Source: Enoplolaimus lenunculus
Taxonomy: Eukaryota
DNA length: 64,000 bases
NCBI GenBank assembly: GCA_030248215.1
Contig: JASANG010001414.1
Span: 310,001-374,000, forward strand
Direction: 5' to 3'
Shown here: one piece after another, positions 51,076 through 63,926 of the stretch
Position numbering within the stretch: position 1 is the stretch's first letter
How the letters are laid out: each line of letters opens with the position of its first letter
Notes under the pieces: model-generated
Told to the model about the DNA's origin: nothing
Databases searched by the model: none
The model's input: the letters and a program-made list of their open reading frames with translations, nothing else
Position numbers and translations under genes: made by a program

Positions 51076-52900
51076 GTTAAATTAAATTTAGATATTCGCA
51101 ATTGTAATTAGAACAGTGATTGGTTAACTGACAGAGTTACATTATATACTGTTCATTTCAATTAAAATCAGTCTGAACATATTATAATTATCAATATTCA
51201 GTTTAGATAAACGTTTTTTACGGAGTAGGAGGTGTATAGCCGAAGACTATCCCTATGCTAAAACCAAAGCATACATCAAATCCTAAATATAGCTGTGAGC
51301 CTGAGTCCAAGCTGCCAGCCGAACCCAATTAAAAATATGGAACCGACCGTGGCCAGGCCACAACCAAATTTCGTGTTAAGGACAGATAAGCAAGTGCCCA
51401 ATTTCACAGCATTAAAGTACGCCAAAACGTGAACCCTAAACCATCATTTGACATTCAATCTTCGACAGTAACGTGGCTAAAAACTTCCTGAAAACCAACA
51501 CTATTAACGACAACGCTTAATTCTGTGTGTGTATTCCAGAATTTTGTCGTTCACCAAACAAACGAGACAATAATACGACATTAAAAACCAGTGTAGGTAT
51601 AGGTTTGAAATTATTTTAAAAGTCGCTCTACATAGCATTTCTTTGACGTCAACAACTATTGGAGTTAATAAACAAAACAATGCAAAACAACTCACAGCTC
51701 TTTTTAAGCGAAACTCTCAAAAAAACATAGACAGATACAAATAAAGTAGCAAAGAAAAAAAAACTGCTCGAACCGCGAAACCTTGTGTTGGTGTAACGGT
51801 CAGACCGCAAAAATAACAGTTACTATCTCTAGGGTGAAAATGTAATATCTGACTGTTTAAAAAAACTTCAAGCAATGAGGCGTTCTAAATAAGACGGCTG
51901 CAATACCTTTAATATTATATAAGTATTACAAGTTGACGTTCAATCCTATGCGCACAGTTCCATGATATCCTTTAGACATTAGAACACTGCAAATACATCT
52001 AAAGGTCTACCTTTGCCTGCGGCATTTGTTGACCTTAGGCTACGACTCGGGTATTTTACGCGTTCGGTCGCACTCTGAAACTTAAAATATACGACGATGT
52101 ACTCTGGACATATATCTTAGTTGGCAATTGAGCTATCCCAAACGCTAATAGTTATCAATGAAAACACGAACAACTAAAATATGCCACAAACTTTCAACTA
52201 TAAAATACAACAAACACCTGACATATATATGCTTTTACAAGCACCAAGTATCAGGATGTAAGCGAATAGTAAAAATAACGGAAACGGACAGTGATGAAAA
52301 TAACGCACACACAAAACGGATATTGAAGTATAAAAATTTCAAAGATGTTTAATTTTCCTGTCAGCACAACTGATACGTGCAAATGTTCACAAGACTTTCT
52401 AAAATTTTAAAAATAGCAGCTGCAGCGAAATTTTTAAGATTTTGATGAATTTCATATTTCTTATTTCGTTTTGAACAATTGCTGCGTCTCTGTAATAAAA
52501 AATTGCCAGATATACGTGATTTATAACTAATTTTGAGCGTAAAAACAACAGAATTTCCATTATTTCTATAACATACTTAAACGGACACCGATTTTTATCG
52601 GAAACCGATATCCGGTTACAGCCTGCCAATTATATTTTCAGCTGCTTTTCAGTTGTTGTGCGGACTGCCTGAACAATTGGCGATCATGTTGATGCAGCTG
52701 CCTGCTGCGATTAACCGTTTGCCCCGGTTTTTATTCGGTATAAATCGGCTTTCATCTCGACTGAAATTGTGGATAAAGATTCCGGGACGTTTATATATTT
52801 TTAAAATTTTTCTGCAAACAATTTTGGAACTTCGTTATATGAGTTTTTCCATTCTATACAGCATGATTCACTAAATTCAACAACACTGTCAGGTTATAGC

Positions 52901-53508
52901 CAGGGTACAAGCGGAGGTCGGCCTCCAGCTCCGAATCCGGCAGAAAATCGACCTCAGGCTCCGGCTCTGGAAGAAATTCTGCCGGAGGTTCCGGCTATTT
53001 CGATAAAGCAATTTTGCATGTTTTTACAAAAAAATTATTTGTTTTGTGCGTTTCGTTTTAAATTTTGTTTCAATTTTAAGGCAAACATTACCGATATTTC
53101 GTAAAAAGTAAGCGTAACGCAAAAAGATTCGACAACATCTGACAAGTATTTAGTAAAAAATAGCAAATTAAATATCATTTTAACTAGCTAATTGAGGCCA
53201 ATGAAACTTCCAGAAGCCGGAGGTGGGGCGAAATTAGGTTGTAAAAATAATGGTTAACTAGTTAATTTTAGCCAATATCTGTTATATGTTGTTAAGTTGT
53301 TTGGTTTTATGCTAATTTTCTGCGAAATTTTGGAAATTCTTTCCTGAAAATTGTAACAAAATTGAAACAAAACGCGCTAAACAGACAAATTTTGCAAAAT
53401 TATGCTAAATTTTACTACACAAATTGACGCAACCTCCGGCAAAAATTCTACCGGATCTGGAGCCCGATTTTCTGCAGGAGACGGAGGCAGACCTCCCGTT
53501 GTACCCTG
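52901..53508. mobile_element. Two inverted copies or arms of the CAGGGT(G/A)CAA hAT-like family
   Basis: CAGGGTACAAGCGGAGGTC at left and GACCTCCCGTTGTACCCTG at right. The two ~280 bp halves are inverse homologues. Related pieces lie at ~45586-45922, ~46096-46693 and ~8965-9255. Confidence 0.72.
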
Positions 53509-54114
53509 CAACCTAGCCTTGTCTCAGATCATGGTATTGTGTTCGAATGTCGTAGTCGCAGCGTGCAACCAGAAATGAAAAACAGGTAAAAATGCAGACC
53601 TGACGAAGAAAGCGGACCAAAGGTAAAAACGAACCGTATGTGAAACAAAACAAAGAAAGAAAACGTTAAATCTTTGCATATTTCGTACAAAGATCAAATT
53701 TGGTTTATAATGTTACGGCGTACATCGGCATGTTCCCGTTGTCCCTACATTTTACAATCCCTGCCAAATATCGTAATCCCAAATCAATGATTAGACATTA
53801 CTATACGTCGAAAAGGATAAGAGAAAATTATATAAACCATCCGAAACGCTTCACCAACAATAAACACCACAGATAGAATTTACTTTTTAAGGGAATAATT
53901 TCACAGATGGATAGCAAGCAAAAGTTGCCAACGAAATAATGTGAGGACCAGAAAACAAATTAAAACAAAACCACATATACAACAATATACGGTCAAAATG
54001 TTCATCACACACGTGAATCGATGTATCTAAGTTGTGCTTAGCCAATCGGTATTCATTCTTCCTAACGGCCTGCAAACGTCATATGAATATACGTATGATG
54101 TCATTCCGTTCCTG

Positions 54115-54303
54115 GGCCCATGTAAAGATCAGGGGTGGAACGTTTTTCTGTGGTACTAGAAAAGATAAGTTTAAGCTTTTGACTAATTTCTTTGCTTTGC
54201 TTAGGCTTAGGAATATGCTCATTTTGACGCTTAGGCTTAGGCTTAAACGGAGGCTTGGGAATATGCTTATAATACTGTTCCGCCCCTGTTTTTCATATTG
54301 GCC
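54115..54303. mobile_element. Merlin-like TTAGGC MITE
   Basis: GGCCCATGTAAAGATCAGGGGTGGAAC...TATTGGCC. Flanks CGTTCCTG / CGTTCTTG (7/8). Confidence 0.85.
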
Positions 54304-55357
54304 CGTTCTTGGCCTTTACATGGGTTGTAGCAACGTTTCGTCTACGGCTATAGGCAGGGTGTATCAAATAGATGGTAAAAACAACGAAAACGGGTATTGT
54401 GAGTTTGTAACATATTTTAATATATATACATATATACGGGATTTGTAACTAACTTTGAGGAAAAACATGACAAAATTTTCAGTATTTCCAACGGAACCGG
54501 GGCACCCATATTTACTAGATGCCGATATCCGATTAAACCCTATTTCTAAGATATTGTTTTTCAATTTAACCTGGAACAGAGCAGAGCAATAAATGGCGAC
54601 TAGCCCACACTATACACTACCTACAGCGTAATAAATGTTTATTTATGCTAATCTTAAAATCAAACTTTGAGCGAATTGAAGAAGGGGTAATTGGGCGTGT
54701 AATCAAAAAAAAAAAACTAAAAAAATAACAAAAAAAAAAACTTTTAAAAACAACCTCCCGAGAACCCTTTTTAAAAAAATTTATATCTCGAAACAAATTT
54801 AACTTACTGTTTTGGTGTATGCTACGTACAGTATAGGCTGCTTATGCAATTCCACTAAAGCATTTTACTGTTTGAAATCAGTGGTCATTTGAGAAACTGA
54901 ATATTTCAGTTTATAATTAGATCAATTATTGGCAAACATTTCTATAAGTAGACTCAAACCGCTGTGCTAGCTGTACAAGCCATTAATTCAATATTAAACG
55001 CAAAGGGTCCGTATATAAGAGACTAAATCCTTTGTAGTGGGGCACCATTGCAAGAATCGTTAAAAAATATTGCAGCTGAAACGCACAAAAGGAAGTTTGT
55101 ATGTAAATCTTCAAAATGGTTAGTGCATATATACTGCATCCCTTTCCAAGTGAAATGGTTATATACACATTGAATAAAACACCTTAAATGCATAACAGAA
55201 TATGTAGAATAAGAAATCAAACTTTAAATGCCTCCAGTCCTGATCATGAAATTCTGTTAACTAACAGCAGTTAGCGAATTTTCAAATATTTTTAAAATGC
55301 GTCCAGTTGTAACTTGAAAATACAAGGTTAACATACGAACGTTTCAGTTGCCATGTC

Positions 55358-55418
<61 letters not shown>

Positions 55419-55419
55419 T
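55358..55419. repeat. (AAT)n microsatellite
   Basis: About 19-20 consecutive AAT units. Confidence 0.95.
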
Positions 55420-56423
55420 AGGTATACAAATATTGCATATAGTTAAAATCTTGGTTGCATTATAATCGCAAAAAACTACATGAAAATACGCGGTTTAGTT
55501 TACTGTTCCGCAGGTAGTATATATTTACATTTGAGACAAACTTGCTTTTTCGCCTGCAACCTCGTGTTAAAACCGTACCGCGACTATTTAATTTTTTTAA
55601 ACAAAAATTACTTTGAGTTGCATTTTCAACTGCGTTCAATGAAAAGAACAAATTCTAGCAAGTTTGCAAGTCTAATAGTAAAACAGCAGGCAAGCTCATT
55701 CATTAGCTTACCAAGTATAATGACAAAATTCATAAACGGTACTCGTCATTCAAGACTTAAATCTCACTCAACAAGACAAATTTACATTCACACACATGCA
55801 CTACGGATGCAACCTTTCAATAATTTGGAGTTGAACCTTTGCTTTACACAATATACATAAAAAATAACAAATGACAATGCAACAAAATTACAACTGCAAT
55901 ATAATAATTTAATTAAGGTTATTTTCAAAATGACCACCAATAAAACGGAAAACGCTTAAAATTGGTCCAAAGTAAAAGTTAAGATTATATCACAAGTTCC
56001 AAGCAACAGAATCTATGTGTGCGCAATAAGCAATACCCGTCATCATTTGGGAGAATTTATCCGGTTGCCCTTGAATGATGAATTGGATACGTATGATTGT
56101 TTGCTTTGTTAAAAACGTCTTCAGTTACTGCAAGAAAACAAAACATAATTTTAGTAAGAAATTAGAAAATGACTAATATTTATGAAAATGGAGGCTGCAT
56201 TTTCAGATAGATATTACAATGGTGTGGATGCAGAACCTGGAAATACATTCCTGGGATCGTTAAACCTTTCTCACATTAGTATTTTCTGTTTCATCTAAGA
56301 CATATCTTGAAGTTACGATTCGAATACATGTCTCTCGAGTAGAAGGCGCTTACTTTCAACACTCAGCTACAGGAGCTTGACGCTTGAATTCACAAATTGT
56401 TTAATCATTTTACAATATACTTC

Positions 56424-57275
56424 TTAACCCCACATCTCTGTAAAGTACAAATACTTACCAGACGGATGATGAAGCAAATAGAGCAACCAAAACGATGCTG
56501 CCAACAACGCAGTCCCAAGCAAGTCACCCAAAGCTGTCAAATACGGTATTGCCGAATTATCTGGATCAATCCGCCACGCCCACATGCAATGAACCAGCCA
56601 AACACACACGTACAACAGAATTACCACTTGAAGCATGGCAGCAACTAAATACGTTACACCAAACGCAACGGTTATTCGTGTATGACCTGCTTCGGCAACA
56701 TAAATGAGCAACATAAACGCCGCATGACCTGGCAGCACCAAAGTGAGCAAAACACGAGCAGCTCTAGAATGAACAGAAGCGCTACAGAATACTGAAATTG
56801 GGCTTGGGCAGTACCAGTTTGCAGATGTGCATTTCAAAGTATGAATGGAAGATTCGTCGGACGGAAGTGTACCTAAGCCACCTGGAGCATTTGAATGAAG
56901 CCACGTCGACAGTCGCGAGGCTTGAACTGCGACCAAATTTCCGCCAACACCATTGATTACCGGTTGAAATACAGCAATGCCGCTAAATTTTCGCACTGAC
57001 CGCTTCAAAATAAAACCGCCCACAGAACTGATAAGCATTGCAGCAAGAATTGGCCACCAGCCTGAAATTAACACTGGACGGACGTGTTCATTATGCCAAG
57101 CTAGCCATGCAGTCACTGGGACGGCAGCAATTAGAACGATAGTTAAGGACGGCGCGAGGGCCCACAAACGTGAGTTGACATGATACAAACCACTAACAAT
57201 AAACGACAATACGACCAGCGTTGTGATATCACCCATTGAAGCTGCAATTGGAGTTGCAACATTATCAGGATTGAT
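56424..57275 (-). CDS. SLC41/MgtE-like transporter paralogue B, exon 3 (3' end uncertain)
   Basis: ATACAG acceptor. NPDNVATPIAASMGD, QPVINGVGGNLVAVQASRLST, DPDNSAIPYLTALGD. A G|GTAAGT donor at 56458 suggests a further tiny terminal exon. Confidence 0.9.
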   Translation of the reverse strand: MNPDNVATPIAASMGDITTLVVLSFIVSGLYHVNSRLWALAPSLTIVLIAAVPVTAWLAWHNEHVRPVLISGWWPILAAMLISSVGGFILKRSVRKFSGIAVFQPVINGVGGNLVAVQASRLSTWLHSNAPGGLGTLPSDESSIHTLKCTSANWYCPSPISVFCSASVHSRAARVLLTLVLPGHAAFMLLIYVAEAGHTRITVAFGVTYLVAAMLQVVILLYVCVWLVHCMWAWRIDPDNSAIPYLTALGDLLGTALLAASFWLLYLLHHPSGKYLYFTEMWG

Positions 57276-58348
57276 CTGTATAAATAACATTATAGCGAAT
57301 GTATCCTATCTGGATAGAACAAATTGATAAATAGTAGAGTTGTCCCGGGGCTACGATTTTAACCTGGGCCAAGGACGGGCCGTGACAAACCCGGGATCAG
57401 AGTTCCAAAATGATACACAGTTGTAGCTGTTCAATTTGATCGATAAGACCTCACTGAATATATTTGTATTGGGCCGGGGCTCGGCCTCGTTACAACTGCA
57501 ATAGATAGCAATAAAAAACACTCGATATGTTTAGGCACAATTTGGTCCACTACACAGTTTCATTGTGTATAGGAACTTGAACTTATAAAAGCGTGTGACT
57601 GGCAGGGTGCAACCGGAGTTACAATTTATCGGAACTGGAATTTGAAAAAATTGCCGGAAACGGAACCAGAAAATGAAAAATACATGCCACAGAAAAGTTA
57701 ATTTTAATTTTATTTTCTGCAATATTATTGGTGAAATTACCCTAGTTGAGCGAACCCCGGAGTTTAGCGAAACGTTTTATGTTTTGTACCTTAATTGACA
57801 AGGCAAAATTAAGACTTTTAAATTATTTCAATAATTATTATGGTTACTGAACGTTTTTGGGTGCGAGGAATCTGAATAAATTGTTTACAAAACACTAAAA
57901 CCAATAATTGAGTCGTTTGCTAGTAGATAATTTGCATATAAGTATAATTGATAAGCCTAAATTAGGCGTTTTTGCAACATTTCACTATGGTTTATTTTCT
58001 GCGATTGTGAAAGTTTGCATCCTATACTAGCGAAATCTATTTAATTTTTATCGTCATTTTTTTTTAAAATATCTTAATTTCAAGCGACAAAATTTTATAC
58101 CTTAATTTATAGCGACAAAATTTTAATACCGGAATTTTTAATTCAGGTAAAAATTTACCTGAACCGGAAGGTGAAAACGTCAATAACATCTAGCTGTGAT
58201 TGCATTCCTGGGTAAGTCAAGTTGATTAAACTTGAGATACAGGATAAAAATGAAGAATGCAATTCAACAAATTAATCTAATTTAGTAAACATGTACTTTT
58301 CCGTGACTCAAATACTTCAAACAGAGCACCAAATTAGATGCTGTGTCG

Positions 58349-58716
58349 GAGGGATGTGCCGATATCAAAATTTTTGCCGATACCGATTCTTTTTTTGCAA
58401 TTTTGTCGATGCCGAACCGATGCCAATTCCAGCTTTCGTACACCGTGCTTAATGAACAGATAGGATACTACATTACATCATTATATGAAGACTTAAACTC
58501 TAACCATCATGAAAGATTAAAATTTTACAATTTCAATTATATTTTTCAAACACAAATGTAAAAGAGATATCAGTTTTCCTGACGAGACACACAGATATGT
58601 GCCCAGAAAGGAAACTGATAGCATTCCATCTGGCAGTTACATGTGCAAAAAGTATCGGCAAAAAATTAACGAAAAGTTCCGATTTTTACCGATGCCGATT
58701 AATCGGAACATCCCTA
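58349..58716. mobile_element. hAT-like MITE in SLC41-B intron
   Basis: AGGGATGTGCCGAT / ATCGGAACATCCCTA TIRs with CCGAT subterminal repeats. Confidence 0.7.
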
Positions 58717-58958
58717 GGTACGGTTTTGGTTACAATTACTGACTAACCGAATCCGATTTCGGAATTCGGCAAATTAATCTCAAACCGCACCCTAAATATA
58801 CATAGGCATGTTTCGAAAATGGTGTTACAGTTGGCAAAGACTGCAAAAAACGCATGCTAAACTGGCTAACCATACCTTGCAATACATTAATCTTTTCGTC
58901 TATCTTAAAAATTTATGTAAAATAAATAACCACAAACAATCATGTAGCAAAACACTAC

Positions 58959-59396
58959 CTTCATTAAACTGGACGACACAATAATTCCGATCATAACTAG
59001 ACCGAGTAACAGTGACGCCGCAGCAGCAGTTGCCATACTTGAACTCATCAAAATCCAAGCATGGGAAGCACTAAATTGATGCTTTGTCATCCAACTCAAT
59101 CCTACTGCAAACAGCGAAGCACATAACGCAACAATTAAAGCTTGCGTTTCGATTAGAGCTAAATTTCCACCGATGTGTGACCAACGTTCTCTTGAGCTAT
59201 CTAAGCGACCAAGATTTGCCTGTGTCGACAGTCTGGATGCAAGCGTCATTTCTAGATTACCCTTTAGACCGAGTAGCGCCGGTACTAGAATGAATATTTC
59301 TGGGATATCAATGTATGCTCGCCAATGTTGGACTTCGTCAAGAACAAGTCCTGCTGCAACCATTCCACCGCCTGCGACCAGGTATGGAACAACGAC
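58959..59396 (-). CDS. SLC41/MgtE-like transporter paralogue B, exon 2
   Basis: TTTAG acceptor, AAG|GTAGTG donor, 438 nt. [31 protein letters not shown]. Confidence 0.92.
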
Positions 59397-59801
59397 CTAA
59401 ACGAGAAAACGATTAAGTATTTGCCTATGATAAGCAGATGTATCATCTTTACAAACACACTTTTAAGCAAACGATGAACATTTAGCCGATAATACCTACA
59501 TAGCTCAAAATCAAGAACGAATGCAATAAGCACGTATTAGATTTCTGCTAAAACTGTTATGTAATGAGTACATACTGCCACTTGTAAAAAAGGAACAAAT
59601 TACTTATATTTTACACGTATATACACCCTCCTTCGAAATGCCCCGTAGCTATCATTTCAGTTTATGCAAATAATTTCAGCTTTAGGCAAACTAGATCGTG
59701 AAAGCACCTTCCTGAAAACACCTTCGTGACAGAACATGTCACGACACCATTCAATAGACCCATAAACTACTTATATACACGTATCTGAGTTGTGAACATA
59801 C

Positions 59802-60182
59802 TTGTATAAGAATGCTACAAAATGTTTCACTGGTTATATTAGCTGATTCAGCACGTGCCGTACGAATAACAACTTTACCGTCCGATTCGCTGACTGAAGA
59901 TCCATTTTCGCTGTCTGAACTTGCGTCCGAAGCATACTCTAACAAAGGAGCTTTGTCTAAACACTTTTCATTTTCAACAACTCGGTACGATTTAACGTCT
60001 TTGCTACTACTAGAATTTACTGCATTGACGGGCGAATTTATGTGTACCAATGAAATAATTTCAGGTTCGGAGCCATGGTCACTTTTAGCGTCTGCTGAAG
60101 TTAAAGTCGTTATAGCATGGTTCAGTTGCTGACTTGAATTGGAAATCACATTCTCGGAATCGATTAAACAAGCACCATTCAT
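59802..60182 (-). CDS. SLC41/MgtE-like transporter paralogue B, exon 1 (Ser-rich N-terminus)
   Basis: ATG at 60182, 381 nt, ends ETFCSILIQ|GTATGT, in frame with the next exon VVVPYLVAG. Confidence 0.8.
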
Positions 60183-61319
60183 CTTACTTTTAAAACTAAA
60201 TAAGATACCATCTAGAACTGAATTTTAAGATTGAGACCAGTCGCCGCAGTTGACTTCATAATCAATATCATGAAATAATTTCTACGTACTCCTACGAAAG
60301 TGGATGTTACTCATTTATGGCACTTTGCATTTACGACTTTATAACAATAAACGAACCTGAGTAATATTAACAAAAATCTACAGTTAACAAAACAGCTTAA
60401 CGTGGTGGCAAATTTATAGCCCTGCTTTTCTAAAGTGTTTGGTCCTGTACACTGTGCAACACTTTTCGTTATATTTCGGTTCGCTTCATATTGTCAGTTT
60501 AAGAAGGAACGATCAGGAACATTAATTACATCTTTTCATTATACAGATGAAAAAGAAGGCATACGGAGTAGTTTCGCACTAACGGCCCTCTGATCACAAT
60601 GCGGACGCTTTACGACAACGTCGCGCGGCTCATCTACAACTGTTTCAAACATCAACAATATATGTCGCTCGTGTACTATGGGCAAACATATACAGAGAAC
60701 AGCATAGCACAGCATATACACAGAACGGAAAAGCTTATTTCGATATGGTTACATGCGCAAATTTCAAAAGGGTCATCCATTGACCGTTACTATTATTTAC
60801 GACGGAATACAGTGTTCATAGCGCGGGTATTTTTCATTGCGGTGACGGTGTAGTGCCTATGTAAGCCTAAGTAGGAAAAATTTGGACTTGATACTGTTTC
60901 ACTGAGCAACTGGTAAAATAGGCATACGCGGCGTCGCTCGAATTAGCGACCTGTCATGGGTTGGGTATACAAGGGTACGACGGTTCTAGTTCTGCATGGC
61001 TGGAGCTTTCGGACCCTGTAACCGACGGACTTTCAGCGCGTAACCAGAGCCCCGCCGCCTCACAATTGGCTGCTGAGTTGTTCTGTTTTATACCTTTACG
61101 AACTTCAATATTTATACATGTATTTTGCTTCGTCCATCGTTCTTCTGTTACGCCCTAAAGGTGCATCAACATTTTACAGGCGCGCAGCATCAGCATGAGG
61201 TTTATGTTACTCCATGCTTCCACTTATCACAGAAACAAACGATTTCCTAAACGACGCTCTACCACTACACCCTCCTCTTCAGCTACGTTTATCGCCGATT
61301 ACATGTCGATCATAATGCT

Positions 61320-61540
61320 GCATGTCAGAAATGCACGGTCGGAACGACCCTTTCTCGAAGTGCTGCGAATATTTGATCGGTCTAAATTTCTCTGAAGCAT
61401 ATGGCCACGCCGCGAATCAAAGCTCGGATCTCTCGTTCACGAGGCAAGCGCACTACCCCTTACACCACGCGGCCGATACTATCTCTTTCTTAAGTAGTGT
61501 ACGTGCATGCATGTGTGACATTAGATACACTATGCACATA
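61320..61540 (-). repeat. tRNA-derived repeat, family 1, second copy
   Basis: Minus strand 61474-61402: acceptor stem GGCCGCG/CGTGGCC-A and TGGTGTAAGGGG A box. Shared tail TATTCGCAG.ACTTCG...GTCGT.CCGACCGTGCA. Confidence 0.68.
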
Positions 61541-61868
61541 CACATATTATACCACATATGCCAACACTGTTGACACGCATACAATACACTACAAATGCAT
61601 TACACACATAACAAAATATTTATACATCATGTATATTGGTTTGCAAAATAGCATATAATCTGATTTTCATGTTGCCTTTTGTGCATATATCAAACATTCA
61701 AACAACAGCTGGAAGAACCTCTGACAACATACATAAAAGAAATCCCAACGTTACTTGTAACTGAACGACCCTAGCTAAGTAAATTACAAATTAAAAAATT
61801 ACACGTGTGATAAGTTGGATGGGCTAGGGTGCGACGGTTTTTAGTTCTGAGTTAGAAGCTAAAAATAA

Positions 61869-62050
61869 GGGACGTTCCCAGGAGGTTTCGAACTCGGTCG
61901 ACAGATTATCAGTCCAGCGCGATCGCCACTGAGTCACGCCGCCTCACAAGCAAATGCTTTACTAGAACCTCAACATACACATACATCTTGGTTCTTCAAT
62001 CTTTTATCGCTTTTGCATATGAAGGCACTACATATGCATCAACGTTTTGC
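61869..62050 (-). repeat. tRNA-derived repeat, family 2
   Basis: Minus strand has TGACTCAGTGG (A box) and GAGTTCGAAACC (B box). A related copy at ~60993-61180 shares GCCGCCTCACAA and GCATCAAC.TTTT. Confidence 0.55.
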
Positions 62051-63926
62051 CGACTTGTCTCTATGCATCCGCATGTCACAACTCGTTTTTGAGTGATTCT
62101 GGATGGGTTGCTGAGACACGACTTTAGTTAACTTCAGACTTTAACAAGTCAATTTCAGAGTTAAGTTTTGAAAGAGGTTTAACTTTACGGGTCGGATTTT
62201 TTGATAAAATGGCAACCCCTGAAAGTGCGACCTGTTTCGTTTTAAAGTTCCCATCGTTTAACCACCAAAGAACCACGAAAGTTCCTTAAACTATTTGCAA
62301 ACCGAATCTCAACAAAACTATGCTTAACACAAATAAGCTTCCTAAGGTTCAAATTTGTGAGCCGTTTTTATACCGAGTCCGTATAGTCGGGACTAAAGGC
62401 AATTCTGGTGCGGTGGGCCTAAATTTTTGCATCGATACACAAAAATAGGCCAAACTTTGCCTTTGTGTGCCCATTGGGCATTTGCTTCCCAAAGTGCCAT
62501 GGTTATAACAGCGCTGCCTAAATATCCTAAAGTTCCGCACTTACGGAAAATTGAATAGGTGCGTGTTCAAAAACTGGAAGGTCAAAATATGATAAACTAA
62601 CGCCCAACTTTTTATTGGATTAGTGGTTTTATTAAGTCATGCTTGGGCACATAGGCTCGGGTTTAGGCTTGTGCGTGACAATCCTTCTCGATTTTTTAAC
62701 CGTCAAGAGTACTCTCCCATATTTTTCCGTTCAGCAACATAGCGCAACGATACGTAACTTTTATTCACCTTTGCAAATGTTCGTGGTTTGCCCTCACAAA
62801 CAAAAGCGGTTTATTACAAACTACTACGCATTTTATTTGGTCTCCCTGTTATACCCAACCCCGTATCAATTACGTCGTTTATTTATTGCATCATATTAGC
62901 TGTTATCGCAATGACATATGTCACTGGGTTTACCCTGAAACTGATTTTTAAACCTCAAAATTGTTTGAAATACCTTTGATCGTTCTGTTGTTTTGAGCAA
63001 CTTTTAGAGTTACGTTTCATAGATAATATTCTGAGCAGGGTACAACCGGAATTCCGTCGGTATTTTTGGTATTGAAAATTATTTCTCATTTGAAGATTTT
63101 AGAACATTTGGCATATTCTAACTTAGTTCTCTAAAACTGCCCGAGCGTGTTTTCCCAAAATTTTTTGTGCATTAAGTACTCCACAGTTCGTCATATATTT
63201 CCACCTACTGCATTTGTTTCAAGATTTTGGCATTCTAAACGGTTTGTCTCCAGCATTAAAGCGATAAAATAGCGTTAAAAATTAATTTTTCATAAGTTTT
63301 TTATTTTCCAGTTCCGGTGTTATATTATTAACGTTCCTGTAGTATTATATCATTCTGATTGCACCCAGGTGGTGTCGAGAGACATGAAAACCTTCATGCT
63401 TAATACATGCGTCACGAAATCTGATGAGTTATAGACACAATTTTGTGAGCTGAAAACAAATTTTTTGTTAACTGCAGTACATAATGCTGATTTTACTGCA
63501 CGCTATGGCATATATATAAATCAACTTGCCAAATTCTACAAATATTTCTTTAAATTTCATTATTATCCAATCCACAGTTGGTTAGATGGAACTGGATAAA
63601 ACAGCGATGCTTCCAGTCTGAATCATTTGTGAAAACAATATTTAATTTCTAAATTCTGCTTGCACCTAATTTTTTGGTGATGTCGTAAAGTACCTTTGGC
63701 ACATCATAAACATAACATTTTTACTCAATCACATTAATATTAATATCAGCCGCAGTCAAAAAAGAGGTGATCAATAAAATTTATGGCAAAGTTTTATAGA
63801 AAGTCCTCATAAAAATAACGAAAGCCCCCACACATACATGCTCGCCCTTCCTTGCCAAAACATTATCGCCAAAAAATTATATGATAAAAATTGTCGTACG
63901 ATTATATTCAACTCAATGCGCCTGTA

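Noticed and set aside
61402..61474. Functional tRNA gene
   Set aside because: The T-arm and anticodon stem are mismatched, the anticodon differs from the sister copy, and a shared non-tRNA tail indicates a repeat.
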